Assembly (NCBI GenBank): GCA_018648325.1
Contig: JABGRK010000016.1
Span: forward strand, 9,338 to 73,337
Length of the DNA stretch: 64,000 nucleotides
Reading direction: 5' to 3'
From: Chloroflexota bacterium
GTDB taxonomy: Bacteria; Chloroflexota; Dehalococcoidia; JABGRK01
A model generated the notes under the pieces. The model was not told where the DNA came from, ran no database searches, and saw only the letters and a program-made list of their open reading frames with translations. Shown here in pieces: positions 7,200-16,813 of this stretch. Position numbers and translations under genes: made by a program. Every line of letters begins with the position of its first letter. Position 1 is the stretch's first letter.

Positions 7200-8138
7200 T
7201 TATAGCCCTCTGAGGTATTCTGGGCGCAGCAGGGACGGGTCCTGTTTCTCTATGATAGATGCCAGTTCTTTAATCATACGCTCTTTTTCCTGTGGCAGCT
7301 TCCCTCGTATAGAGAAGTAGTTTGAGGCATGCATGGAGCTGAAAAAGCAGTCTGAGAAGTTAGATTGCTCTACTATTGCCTTGAGTTCCACAAGCGAGTC
7401 CATCGGGCTTATCAGTTCGAATTTGCCGTCCTGCCAGTCGTTGTACAGTGGCGTTCCCGGGGTTATGGTCATGGTCAGCGCCGCAGCGAACTCAGGGTCT
7501 ATCTCGCTTAAGACGCGTGCTGTTGCCTCAACGTGTTTGGCCCGGTCCTTATTGCCACCGAGTCCCAGTATCACCGTGAGTGATTGCCTTATACCTGCTG
7601 CCTTGGTTTTTTTACCTGCCTCAATGATCTGATTTGAAGTCACTCCTTTGCCTATTTGCTGTAATATTTCATCGTCTCCGCTTTCAACACCCATGTAAAC
7701 AAGGCTCAGCCTGAGTTTCTTAAGTTTCTTAAGTTCATCTGCGCTTTTACGCAGTACGTCCTGCGCCGTACCGTAGGTTGCTACTTGCTCAATGAAAGGT
7801 AGTTTGCTCCTGATGTACTCAAGTACATATTTCAGGCGTTCGAAAGGGTAGACCAGCGCGTCGCCGTCTTGTAAAAAGATCTTTTTACCGTCCCACCAGT
7901 GATCAATTACGTGATAAATAATATTGGGGATACCCGGTAGTACGGCCCTGTCCTTTACATAAAGTGCAACAGCATCTATTTCGGCTTTGACCTCATCGAC
8001 ATCGCGCATTTGGAGTTTGCAGCCGTAGTAATTGCAAAAGGTGCAGGTGTTGTTGGAGCAGCCGGAAGTAAGCGGCAGAAAGTAACTGGCACTCTCGCTG
8101 GGAGGGCGAATAATCTCAGGTCTAATGAATTGTGCCAT
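7200..8138 (-). CDS. radical SAM domain protein
   Basis: 312 aa. Cys cluster C27-x4-C32-x2-C35 (CSNNTCTFC) followed by Y. GG-type SAM motif context (LQDGDAL) and a TIM-barrel-like pattern. Confidence 0.8.
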   Translation of the reverse strand: MAQFIRPEIIRPPSESASYFLPLTSGCSNNTCTFCNYYGCKLQMRDVDEVKAEIDAVALYVKDRAVLPGIPNIIYHVIDHWWDGKKIFLQDGDALVYPFERLKYVLEYIRSKLPFIEQVATYGTAQDVLRKSADELKKLKKLRLSLVYMGVESGDDEILQQIGKGVTSNQIIEAGKKTKAAGIRQSLTVILGLGGNKDRAKHVEATARVLSEIDPEFAAALTMTITPGTPLYNDWQDGKFELISPMDSLVELKAIVEQSNFSDCFFSSMHASNYFSIRGKLPQEKERMIKELASIIEKQDPSLLRPEYLRGL

Positions 8139-8253
8139 CAGTACTCTCTTCCTACCTTTTTAGCGCATATTTAAAACGTGTTTCCATTTTACATTGCCGC
8201 GTATCATATGCTCAAGTATGTCTTATGCTATAATCGGCACAGGAACATAAAGG

Positions 8254-8685
8254 ATGGTGCACTTGAGTATGGATAAGATGACCTGGCGGCAACGCATAAA
8301 AAGAACCACCGTGGACTGGTTGAAGTTGACAGTACTACTTGTTGACGAGGTTGCTATTCTGGTTGCCATATTGCTTATTATGCACTATGCCGGTGTGCGT
8401 ATACCTGCATCAATTACCGTAACAGTTTCTATCATCCTTGCAATAGTAATATTTTTGGTTCATCTGGCTGTCATTCCCCTGTTCCACAAAAAGCCTGTTA
8501 CCGGAAAAGAGAGCATGGTTGGCATGAAGGCAAAGGTGACGCAAGCACTGGAGCCTGCAGGTATGGTTGCCATATTGGGTGAACACTGGCGAGCAGAGTC
8601 CGTTGACGGCGATATTGAGGCTGATGTTGTGGTCCAGATCACGGAAACCGAGGGGCTTACCCTCAAGGTTAAGCGCTTATCCTAA
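8254..8685 (+). CDS. NfeD-family membrane protein
   Basis: 143 aa with two or three N-terminal TM helices. The C-terminal OB-like segment (GMKAKVTQALEPAGMVAILGEHWRAES...) is typical of NfeD. Confidence 0.7.
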   Translation: MVHLSMDKMTWRQRIKRTTVDWLKLTVLLVDEVAILVAILLIMHYAGVRIPASITVTVSIILAIVIFLVHLAVIPLFHKKPVTGKESMVGMKAKVTQALEPAGMVAILGEHWRAESVDGDIEADVVVQITETEGLTLKVKRLS

Positions 8686-8749
8686 CGATAATCCATACTT
8701 GTCGTACAATGGTGTTATTACTTCGTATTGCAGAAAAAGCTGATCTGTG

Positions 8750-9049
8750 CTATTTTCGACGTAGGATAGATTTAAACATACTGCCGATTCTGGAGAAAAT
8801 GGATTTTCTATCTGTCGGGTCTGATATGGACTGTTTTGATGGTTTACCATCAAGTAGATTTTTGAAATGGTGAGGGGTATAATCCAGGGCAAGTGCCAGT
8901 GCCCGAATTGTTTTAACGCTGGGTTTTACCTTGTCCGTTTCGATTCGGGACACAGTGGTAACAGTCAATCCGGACTTTGCGGCGAGCTCCTGTTGGGACA
9001 TTAGTTTCGATTCGCGGATTGACTTGAGTCCTAGTAGTTTCTTGGCCAA
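8750..9049 (-). CDS. XRE-family helix-turn-helix transcriptional regulator
   Basis: LMSQQELAAKSGLTVTTVSRIETDKVKPSVKTIRALALAL is a Cro/C1-type HTH. TTG start with AAAGGA upstream. Confidence 0.8.
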   Translation of the reverse strand: MAKKLLGLKSIRESKLMSQQELAAKSGLTVTTVSRIETDKVKPSVKTIRALALALDYTPHHFKNLLDGKPSKQSISDPTDRKSIFSRIGSMFKSILRRK

Positions 9050-9314
9050 AGTAGAGTCCTTTTCAATGATTCGTATACACTTATACTAGAACTATACCAT
9101 GATTTGTCAATACTTGTACAATATTTGTAGTTGAATTTGTACTATTGAAAACCCCTCTTTTTAGAAATATTTAGGTACCTGGTTTTGTTCCGTCGTCTGT
9201 CGTCTCTTTTCGCCGTTATTAGCACCCCTGTCCCCTACTGACCCCTGTGTCTCTCCCCAAAATGTTTAAAAATATGACCCAAAACGCCCTTGTGTTATCC
9301 AGTTTATTTGCCCT

Positions 9315-9632
9315 TTATTTTATCCAGCCCTCTTTGCGCAATATTTCACTTGTGAGTTTTGATCCGGGGCTGTCTCCTCTTGCCACCGTTACCGCAACCT
9401 GAGAGCCCACAGCATCGGCTATCTGGCCAACGCCTTGATTCCTAAAACCGGGGCACAGGGATATGGACTGCACTCCCTTATCGGCCACAAGCTTTTTGCA
9501 AACATCAATGGTCTGAGACAGATCCTTAACCAGGACGCTGTACATAGTATGCATCGGGGTTTCGAGCACAGATGTGTGTTTTGCCGGGTCTGCATCGGGT
9601 GTGAGCGATATAAATGCGGAAATAAAAGCCAT
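9315..9632 (-). CDS. small soluble protein of unknown function
   Basis: 105 aa with an AAGGAGG RBS, 11 nt downstream of the preceding gene in the same operon. Confidence 0.55.
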   Translation of the reverse strand: MAFISAFISLTPDADPAKHTSVLETPMHTMYSVLVKDLSQTIDVCKKLVADKGVQSISLCPGFRNQGVGQIADAVGSQVAVTVARGDSPGSKLTSEILRKEGWIK

Positions 9633-9643
9633 ATTGTTCCTCC

Positions 9644-10147
9644 TTAAAAACCGTTTTTCATATATTCGCGGGCCAGATTTGTGTAAACGCCGGTGTTCCC
9701 TCTATAAGCCCATGGTTTGCTTCGTTCTGTGAGCTTTTTGATCGTGGCAGGCGCACCTACAACCAGCGATTCTGTAGGCACGTGCGTTTCTTTCTCAATC
9801 AGCGCATGTGCGCCGATAACAACGTGTGAATCGATCTCGGCCTTGTGCAGTATCGTTGCGTTCATCCCTATAAGAACGTCGTTGCCGATCGCGCAGGAAT
9901 GTATAACGGCGCCGTGTCCGACTATAACGTTGTTGCCTATTTGCGTATTGCCGCCGTGCACCACGCAGTTATCCTCCACATGAGTGTTGCTGCCGATCAC
10001 AATCCTGCCCACGTCCCCGCGTATTACCGCGCCCGGCCATACGGTCGAATTCTCGCCGATTACAACGTCACCCACTATATAGGCCGAATTACTTATGCAC
10101 GCCGAATCATCGATTTGCGGCGTTTTGCCATTAAAAGCTTTGATCAT
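9644..10147 (-). CDS. gamma-carbonic-anhydrase-like / left-handed beta-helix (hexapeptide repeat) protein
   Basis: 167 aa with repeated [LIV]-G-x4 hexapeptides (VVIGENSTVWPGAVIRGD..IGSNTHVEDNCVVHG..IGNNVIVGHGAVIH). Resembles YrdA/PaaY. Confidence 0.85.
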   Translation of the reverse strand: MIKAFNGKTPQIDDSACISNSAYIVGDVVIGENSTVWPGAVIRGDVGRIVIGSNTHVEDNCVVHGGNTQIGNNVIVGHGAVIHSCAIGNDVLIGMNATILHKAEIDSHVVIGAHALIEKETHVPTESLVVGAPATIKKLTERSKPWAYRGNTGVYTNLAREYMKNGF

Positions 10148-10212
10148 CTCATCTTCCTGCTATAGATATCTGCCTGAGTATAGCATTATGCTTATTTACA
10201 AACTATCTTTCT

Positions 10213-11274
10213 TCAAGCAGAAAACTGCTTGATGCGCTTTATCATCTGCCACGCTACAGCGCCTATAACTATATTGGCGCCGATAAGGATGAGGGCTTCT
10301 GTAGAAACATTGGCCCATGTTGCACCTTCCGCGCTGATATCCATGATGGGTTGGACAAAGTAATACGATGGAAATATTTTGGCGATCCACTGCGGAAAAT
10401 ATGGGAACATGTAAAAGAGCGCCGGCACAAATATTATGAGTTGGGCTATTCTGGCCGTGGCAAACAGCGTATTGATATTGCTAACAAACGAGCTGAATAT
10501 CAGGCCAAGCTCCACCGCCATAACCGTTCCCAGCGCTATAAATATCATCAGCAGCCATGGCTGGTTACCAAGCGAACTGGTAAGTAGCAGTATGATCAGG
10601 CCCATAAGCAAGCTAAACACAAAGCCGAGCAGCGCCTTTGCCAGGTACACCTCGGTAAGTGACGCCGGGGTAATCACCAGCGCGTTGAGCGTTTTGCGTT
10701 CCTTCTCCTGCACTACCGATGTTGCAGTCAGGTATATGCCACCCATAACAATGGGCATTACCACGATGAAAGGTGATAAGCGCTGGCTCCACGGAATAGC
10801 CTCACCTCTTTCAATACCACTCGGATCATCGATTTTAATAGTAAAGGATGCACTCTGGCCTGCCACCTCTCTTACCATTTTAGATACGGTAGATTGCAGG
10901 ATACTGCGGTTACTGGCCAGGCTTTCTCCCCAGACGTATACCGTTAGGTTCGGATTACCTGCCATTGCAGCAGCATCGAATCCGTCAGGTATAACTATGC
11001 CTGCATCCACATTGCCGCCTTCAACGGCATTATTTAAGGCCGAAGCTGATCCGTACTGCGTTACCTGAATTGATTCATACTCACTTGCAATCGCTGGCAG
11101 TTGCGAGCTGCCTTCATCTACTATGCCCAGCCGGGGTACAGATGTACCGCTAAATATCAGTGTTACTATCAGCCACATCAGCAGGGGCATAATAACCACA
11201 AAGATAATAAGGAAACTCCTTGAGCCGTGCAACAAATCCTTAAGTGCTAAAATGCCAATTCGTTTTAAACTCAT
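10213..11274 (-). CDS. ABC-2 type transporter permease
   Basis: 353 aa: N-terminal TM, large extracytoplasmic loop, then 5 C-terminal TM segments. Overlaps the upstream permease by 4 nt. Confidence 0.8.
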   Translation of the reverse strand: MSLKRIGILALKDLLHGSRSFLIIFVVIMPLLMWLIVTLIFSGTSVPRLGIVDEGSSQLPAIASEYESIQVTQYGSASALNNAVEGGNVDAGIVIPDGFDAAAMAGNPNLTVYVWGESLASNRSILQSTVSKMVREVAGQSASFTIKIDDPSGIERGEAIPWSQRLSPFIVVMPIVMGGIYLTATSVVQEKERKTLNALVITPASLTEVYLAKALLGFVFSLLMGLIILLLTSSLGNQPWLLMIFIALGTVMAVELGLIFSSFVSNINTLFATARIAQLIIFVPALFYMFPYFPQWIAKIFPSYYFVQPIMDISAEGATWANVSTEALILIGANIVIGAVAWQMIKRIKQFSA

Positions 11275-12329
11275 CGGGTTTTCCTCCTCAGTGCCAGTAC
11301 GCCCAGTGTTAGGAATACAGCGGCAAATCCAAACATTATCAGCAGGTTAGACCAAAGGTCTGATAGCCCCATGCCGAAGTTGGAAGCACGGTGTATTGTG
11401 TCGGCATAGTAGTATGACGGAATAAACTTAACCCATACTGAAGCTGCCCCCGGCGCAAGTGCCGTCATTGTCGGCATAAGTAGGGCCATCATAATTACAA
11501 AGCTCCATGATACTGCCGACATATTGTCTTTGGAAAATGCTCCGGCAAGAAATCCTATCCCTGTGATCGCCAGCGATGCTAAAAGCAGGGTGAGAATCAC
11601 TATGGCCGCCTGCGTACCAAGCCCGCCGATAATTATCGCCACCAACATCCCCTGTCCAAAGGCCATACCAACACCGAAAACGCCCTTGGCCACAAAAAAG
11701 TCAACAATGTTTGCCGGTGATACCAGTACTGCTCGCACTGTGCGCCCCTCAAACTCCTCGCTGATAAGCGTTGCCAGCCCAAACAGCTGGACAATTATAA
11801 GCATAGGAGGAAGTATGGCACGCATCTGGTTGCGCATTGGTATCTGTGCGCCCAGAAAATCCGGAGGAATCACGTCTTGGGATGTTACGCGGGGTTGTCC
11901 GGCCTGCAAATAGGCAAGTTCTGTAACCATAAACTCAAGTTGCTGCGCTACCTCTGCTGGGGTATCTGATCTGGCGTATATCTGAATTTGGGGATCATCG
12001 CTTGTGAGCATATCTGCCGGAAGAGCGATACCCGCAAGGTACTGCCCATTGTCCACTGCATCTCTGAGTGCCTGATCGGAGTCAAGCTGCTCAACCTGAA
12101 GTCCCTCCTGCTGCCCAGCTATTAGCTGCGCAAAAACCGGCGGCACTGTGGGTGTATCCGAATACAGCCCGATCTTGATGCTCTCATTAACCGTAGTGGG
12201 CATTACGAAGTATATAGCAAGATAAGCTATAGTACCGAATATTGTTATGAGCAAAAATAACTTGTTTCTGAAAATAAGGACGATGTCCTTTATAACCAGT
12301 GCTGCTATAATCCGAATACGCGCATTCAT
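11271..12329 (-). CDS. ABC-2 type transporter permease
   Basis: 352 aa with the same topology as its neighbour. Overlaps the ATPase gene by 4 nt. Confidence 0.8.
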   Translation of the reverse strand: MNARIRIIAALVIKDIVLIFRNKLFLLITIFGTIAYLAIYFVMPTTVNESIKIGLYSDTPTVPPVFAQLIAGQQEGLQVEQLDSDQALRDAVDNGQYLAGIALPADMLTSDDPQIQIYARSDTPAEVAQQLEFMVTELAYLQAGQPRVTSQDVIPPDFLGAQIPMRNQMRAILPPMLIIVQLFGLATLISEEFEGRTVRAVLVSPANIVDFFVAKGVFGVGMAFGQGMLVAIIIGGLGTQAAIVILTLLLASLAITGIGFLAGAFSKDNMSAVSWSFVIMMALLMPTMTALAPGAASVWVKFIPSYYYADTIHRASNFGMGLSDLWSNLLIMFGFAAVFLTLGVLALRRKTR

Positions 12330-13189
12330 CCCGCAAGTCCCCTTCCTGTTATCTGCATGAATATTGCGCCCAGTGTTGCCTCTTCACTATGCACGGTTAC
12401 TACTTTTTCGGAAGCAAACAGTTGTTCAACCGCCTTCGCCGTATCTGCCGTGTCCATCACCACTTCGCGCTCTTCTAGTTGGCCGCCTTTGCCTGCTACC
12501 TGTGCCTTTAGTGCCCGCTTGCCATATTTAAGCTTGAGGTTGTGTGGAGTGTCCAGTGCTACCAGCTTGCCCTGATTCATAAAAGCTACGCGGTCACACA
12601 TCTCTCCAGCTTCGGTCATGTCGTGTGTTGTCAAAAATACGGTGGCTCCGCGATCGCGTTCTTTGCGGATGATGTCGCGAATGCCGTCTGCCGAAGTCGG
12701 GTCCAGTCCTGATGTTGGCTCGTCAAGGAACAGTACCTTGGGTTTACTCACCAGCGCACGTGCTACCATCAGGCGCTGCCGCATGCCCTTGGAGTAGTTC
12801 TCCACGCGATCCTTCTCCCTGCCGACAAGATCTACACGCCTCAGAAGGTCGTATCCATCGAAATCTGATGTGCCGAACAGCCGTGCGAACAGCTTGAGGT
12901 TCTCAATCGCACTCATCTGCTCGTACATATTAGGTAGCTCAAAGCATACCCCTATCTCAGATTGCACCCCACGCACGTTGGTGGCAACGTCCATGCCAAG
13001 TACCAGCGCTTTGCCTTCTTTGGGCTTCATCTGGCCAGTCAGTATTTTGGCCGTGGTCGATTTACCTGCTCCGTTTGGCCCCAGAAAACCGAATATCTCG
13101 CCCTCGGCCACGTTGAAATTGATGTGATCGACGGCTGTCAGGTCGCCGTATGTGTAGGTAAGATTTTCTGCTACGATTGCATCTGTCAT
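12326..13189 (-). CDS. ABC transporter ATP-binding protein
   Basis: Walker A GPNGAGKST, signature YSKGMRQRL, Walker B LFLDEPTSGLD, H-loop TTHDM. Confidence 0.9.
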   Translation of the reverse strand: MTDAIVAENLTYTYGDLTAVDHINFNVAEGEIFGFLGPNGAGKSTTAKILTGQMKPKEGKALVLGMDVATNVRGVQSEIGVCFELPNMYEQMSAIENLKLFARLFGTSDFDGYDLLRRVDLVGREKDRVENYSKGMRQRLMVARALVSKPKVLFLDEPTSGLDPTSADGIRDIIRKERDRGATVFLTTHDMTEAGEMCDRVAFMNQGKLVALDTPHNLKLKYGKRALKAQVAGKGGQLEEREVVMDTADTAKAVEQLFASEKVVTVHSEEATLGAIFMQITGRGLAG

Positions 13190-13191
13190 TA

Positions 13192-13821
13192 CTATTCCTT
13201 TCCTTTAACCTTGAAATTGGGCCCTTTGCCCGGCTTACCCATAAAGCCATAGAGGCATAGATTGAATAATTCGCGTATCAGTACAGATAGCTCTTGTGGG
13301 TCTTTTGGTAGATTTTTCAGTCCCGCCCAGCCTTGACGAAATACCTCGAAATAGATGCTTATTGCGGTGGGTGAGAATTCAGGATTTATGTATCCGTCGC
13401 GTTTGCCCTCAGCAAAAAAGGCTGCTATTTGTTCATTTGTCTTTTTCATAATTACGTTTTCTATATAATCCAGAAGCTCGGGATCGCTGTATACATCCAT
13501 CTGGAAGTGCTCGCCTTGAAAGTCGTAAGCGGCACTGGTTTTAGCAGTAAGCATTTGTTGCATTTTCTCTGGGAAAGATATATCTGCTTTGAAAATGGCT
13601 TGTCGTTTTTCATATATTCCATCGAGCAATCGCTTTACCACAACCTTTATCAGTGCGTCCTTACTACCGAAGTGGTTGTAGATCGACACCGGTGATACCA
13701 CTGCCTTCTTCGCTATTTCGTTAATGCTTACTTTTTTAAAGCCGTGCGCGTTGAACAACTCAAGTGCCGCATTTACAATGCTTTCCTTTTTGCGCTCTTT
13801 TCTACGCTCAAACCCGTCCAT
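13192..13821 (-). CDS. TetR/AcrR family transcriptional regulator
   Basis: N-terminal HTH (FKKVSINEIAKKAVVSPVSIYNHFGSKD). First gene of the ABC-2 operon. Confidence 0.85.
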   Translation of the reverse strand: MDGFERRKERKKESIVNAALELFNAHGFKKVSINEIAKKAVVSPVSIYNHFGSKDALIKVVVKRLLDGIYEKRQAIFKADISFPEKMQQMLTAKTSAAYDFQGEHFQMDVYSDPELLDYIENVIMKKTNEQIAAFFAEGKRDGYINPEFSPTAISIYFEVFRQGWAGLKNLPKDPQELSVLIRELFNLCLYGFMGKPGKGPNFKVKGKE

Positions 13822-13843
13822 TTTTCTGCTCCAAAAGTAAGAT

Positions 13844-13871
13844 ATGAAATATATGTACCATATCGTTTCAT
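13844..13871. promoter_or_regulatory. imperfect palindrome, candidate TetR operator
   Basis: ATGAAAtATATGTACcATATcgTTTCAT has outer and inner inverted repeats. It lies in the TetR/AraC divergent intergenic region. Confidence 0.35.
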
Positions 13872-14024
13872 AAATGTCAATACCCTGTTTGATACCAATT
13901 TGCGATCGATTTTTACAGTTACAAAAAAGTATACTTATGTGTCAAAAACATCGGTTTATGCCGTGCTAACCTTGATAATTCCGGCTAAGTAAGCAATAAT
14001 TGCTTGTTAACAAGGAGGAAAATT

Positions 14025-14989
14025 TTGCGCGAGGAATACACATTTCGCATAAACCGGGTTATGGATTACATAGAAGCTAATATAGACAAAGCGCTATCGC
14101 TGGAGAAACTCGCTGATGTTGCTTGCTTCTCTCGCTTTCATTTCCATCGTATATTTGCCGCTATGGTAGGTGAGACAACCAATCAGTTTATACAGAGGAT
14201 TCGTGTCCAGAAGGCTGCCGGGCAACTTCTCGTTTATCCGCGAAAACCTGTAACCACAGTAGCGCTTGATTGTGGATTTTCCGGCCCGGCAACGTTTGCC
14301 CGGGCATTTAAAGAGCGATACGGTATGAGTGCCAGCCGGTGGCGTAATGAATATAACATTGATAGCAATATTCGCAAAGCAAGCAGCAATAATGGTCAAC
14401 CTGTTGGCAAGATGAGTGAAGATTACAACATTTCCACAATCTATAATCAGGATACAAATCAAATTAAATGGAGTGTGGAAATGAAAGATACAAACAAACT
14501 GAAAGTTGAGGTTGAGGTTAAGGATGTGCCGGAGTTTACCGTAGCTTATATCCGTCATACCGGCCGTATGCGGGAGATGGCGAATTGTTTGGCCGGTTGT
14601 TTGCAAAGATAATGCAATGGGCTGGCCCCAGAGGGCTTATAGGAACTCCTGATTTCAAATGCCTGACCATCTACCATGATGACCCGTTGCTGGTTGAGCA
14701 GGACAAGCAGCGCATGAGTGTTGCCTTGGGCGTGCCGGAGGATACGGTAGTTGACGGAGAAATAGGCAAGATGAAGGTGTCCGCAGGCAGGTATGCTATG
14801 GCGCATTTCGAAATCGATCCAGAGCAGTACGGCGATGCCTGGGCTGCTGTGTGCGGTGGATGGCTTCCCGATAGCGGATATCAACCGGCAGACACCGGCC
14901 TGGTATATGAGCTTTACCTGAATAATCCGGAAGAACATTCAGAGAAGAAACATATTGTAGAGATATGCATCCCCGTAAAACCGCTTTAG
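14025..14989 (+). pseudogene. AraC-family HTH + GyrI-like effector-domain regulator, disrupted by a 1-nt frameshift
   Basis: AraC HTH present (FSRFHFHRIF..SGPATFARAFKERYGMSASRWR). The frame breaks after ..VAYIRHTG at about 14564. The -1 frame continues PYAGDGELFGRLFAKIMQWAGPRGL... (GyrI-like) to 14989. AAGGAGG precedes TTG 14025. Confidence 0.7.
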
Positions 14990-15046
14990 CTAGTAATCAT
15001 AGTTCTTTGAAATGAAGGCTCCTGCTTTAGACGGCAGGGGCTTTTC

Positions 15047-15832
15047 TTATTGCTTAAGTTCTTGTCGCAGAATGTCGAAAAATGTAGTTCTGGCATGTTT
15101 TTCGTGCCATGGGTAGTGCCCGCACTTGTCCAGAGATATGAAGCGGAAATCGCTCAGCACATTTGCCAGCGGCGTTTCGATTCCAGCGCGCGGGTGCGGG
15201 TCGTGATCGCCGTGAATGGCTACTACCGGGCATTTGATTTGTTTACCAAGCGCCAGTAGTTCGCCGCTGGCTCTGAGTTCTCGAGCTTCGGGCCAGACAT
15301 GGTCGAATATTTTGTACTGGTACTCGATAATGTCATTATCGTGAGGTAGTAGGTCATAGGAATCCGCCTGCTCCATAAGCTTGCCGAATTTCTCAAAAAC
15401 AGCGTTTTTATCAGCAATAGCTGGGCTATTGAATTCCACAAGCATGGAATCAAACGCTTTTCTTTCATTATTGGTTAATCTGCTTAGTCGAACGTCCATG
15501 ATGGAGGAGGCGTATTTTTCATCGAAAACGCCGCTGCTCACTAATATCAACTTCTTTATCAGAATGGGGTTTTGCGCTGTAACAATGTAGCTGAGCATGG
15601 CGCCCCACGAGTGTCCAATCAGCGTAATGGGGATGTCGGCGTTATCTTGTATTAAAGATGCTAGCTCTTCGATCTGACCGCTTAGCGTTGCCTGTGTTTG
15701 TAGGGGTTCCAGAACGCCGTATGTGAGTGACAACTCTCTGGCGATAGGTGCAACGTCACCGGGAGCGCCGGGGCCGCCGTGAATCACGGCTACAATGTAT
15801 GGAGGTTCGCCATATTTTCTAATGTTATTCAT
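15047..15832 (-). CDS. alpha/beta-fold hydrolase
   Basis: HGGPG oxyanion region, nucleophile elbow GHSWG, C-terminal His (CGHYPW). Confidence 0.8.
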   Translation of the reverse strand: MNNIRKYGEPPYIVAVIHGGPGAPGDVAPIARELSLTYGVLEPLQTQATLSGQIEELASLIQDNADIPITLIGHSWGAMLSYIVTAQNPILIKKLILVSSGVFDEKYASSIMDVRLSRLTNNERKAFDSMLVEFNSPAIADKNAVFEKFGKLMEQADSYDLLPHDNDIIEYQYKIFDHVWPEARELRASGELLALGKQIKCPVVAIHGDHDPHPRAGIETPLANVLSDFRFISLDKCGHYPWHEKHARTTFFDILRQELKQ

Positions 15833-15858
15833 ATGAGGCTATTATACATCAGAGGGAA

Positions 15859-15887
15859 TAAAAAAAGCCATGAGTTTGTTCATGGCT
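15859..15887 (-). terminator. rho-independent terminator after the tRNA cluster
   Basis: Stem AGCCATGA/TCATGGCT (15866..15887), followed on the minus strand by a U-run (plus-strand A-run 15859..15866). Confidence 0.55.
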
Positions 15888-15904
15888 TGCAAAAAGCAAA
15901 AAGT

Positions 15905-15978
15905 TGGTTGCCGAGCCAGGATTCGAACCTGGGCATACGGCTTCAAAGGCCGCTGTGCTACCACTACACAACTCGGCA
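15905..15978 (-). tRNA. tRNA-Gln(UUG)
   Basis: Cloverleaf by eye: acceptor TGCCGAG/CTCGGCA, anticodon loop CTTTGAA, T-arm GGTTCGAATCC. CCA is encoded. Confidence 0.9.
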
Positions 15979-15985
15979 TTTTACT

Positions 15986-16073
15986 TGGTACCGAAGGTCG
16001 GATTCGAACCGACACGGGGGTCGCCCCCCATCAGTTTTTGAGACTGACGTGTCTACCGTTCCACCACTTCGGC
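15986..16073 (-). tRNA. tRNA-Leu(CAA)
   Basis: 88 nt with a long variable arm. Anticodon loop CTCAAAA, T-arm GGTTCGAATCC. CCA is encoded. Confidence 0.9.
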
Positions 16074-16082
16074 TAAAGGATG

Positions 16083-16158
16083 TGGTGCCGAGGGGCGGAA
16101 TTGAACCGCCGGCACGTGGATTTTCAGTCCACTGCTCTACCCCTGAGCTACCTCGGCA
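16083..16158 (-). tRNA. tRNA-Phe(GAA)
   Basis: Acceptor TGCCGAG/CTCGGCA, anticodon arm GTGGA-CTGAAAA-TCCAC, T-arm GGTTCAATTCC. CCA is encoded. Confidence 0.9.
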
Positions 16159-16168
16159 TGCGTTAATA

Positions 16169-16198
16169 ATTGTAGCTGGTGTCAGTATCAAGTGTCAA
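16169..16198 (-). promoter_or_regulatory. sigma70-like promoter of the tRNA cluster
   Basis: On the minus strand: TTGACA, 18 nt, TACAAT. The -10 ends 10 nt before the tRNA-Phe 5' end. Confidence 0.55.
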
Positions 16199-16393
16199 CA
16201 CAGGAAAGAGGGTAATAAAAAGAAATAATGTTAAATGAAAGAGATTGATAAGGGGGTGTGTTATTTTATATCGATATCTATTACGATGCAGCGTTGTTGC
16301 AGCTGTATCCGTTTTTGCATTGTTATTGGCGCACTTTGTGCAATATACGTTGATGGCGTGATATTGAGTATCAACAGATGTATTTGCCCAGCT

Positions 16394-16813
16394 TTAGCTC
16401 ATCACCTCGTGTAGTTGCCTGCTGACATTTTGCAGATCAGGGCACAGCGCATTTATAGAGTAAAATAGGTCTTCAAGGTGAAATGGCTTGCTCATGATCT
16501 GCTGCACATCTATATTGAGAACCTGGTGTATCAGATCACTGTCCATATCGTAGGAGGTCATCAGAATGATTTTGGTACGAGGGCTGATTTTATTGAGTTG
16601 GCGTACAGTTTCAACCCATCCGGTTGGTTGTATCAGCGTATCAATCAGAGCTACATTGAATTGAGTGTTGAAGGCGAGGGCCACAGATTCATAGCCTCCA
16701 TGGGCTGGACATACCGAGTACCCTTCTCCTTGTAGTGCTCTGGACAGGATTCCAAGTACGTTATCATCGTTTTCTACTATTAGAACGTTATGATTTGAGA
16801 TCATGGCTATCAC
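16394..16813 (-). CDS. stand-alone response-regulator receiver domain protein
   Basis: 139 aa, CheY-like: acidic pocket VENDD, phospho-acceptor context VALID, conserved T (LMTS) and K (SKPF). No output domain. Confidence 0.8.
   Translation of the reverse strand: MIAMISNHNVLIVENDDNVLGILSRALQGEGYSVCPAHGGYESVALAFNTQFNVALIDTLIQPTGWVETVRQLNKISPRTKIILMTSYDMDSDLIHQVLNIDVQQIMSKPFHLEDLFYSINALCPDLQNVSRQLHEVMS

Noticed and set aside
15986-16073. A long-variable-arm tRNA was considered as a possible tRNA-Sec that would support the selenoprotein call.
   Set aside because: The anticodon loop reads CTCAAAA, so the anticodon is CAA (Leu). The acceptor and T arms have standard lengths. It is an ordinary type II tRNA-Leu.
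15779-16228. 149-aa plus-strand ORF and other ORFs over 15870..16191.
   Set aside because: They overlap three well-formed tRNA genes on the opposite strand. They are artefacts of GC-rich tRNA sequence.
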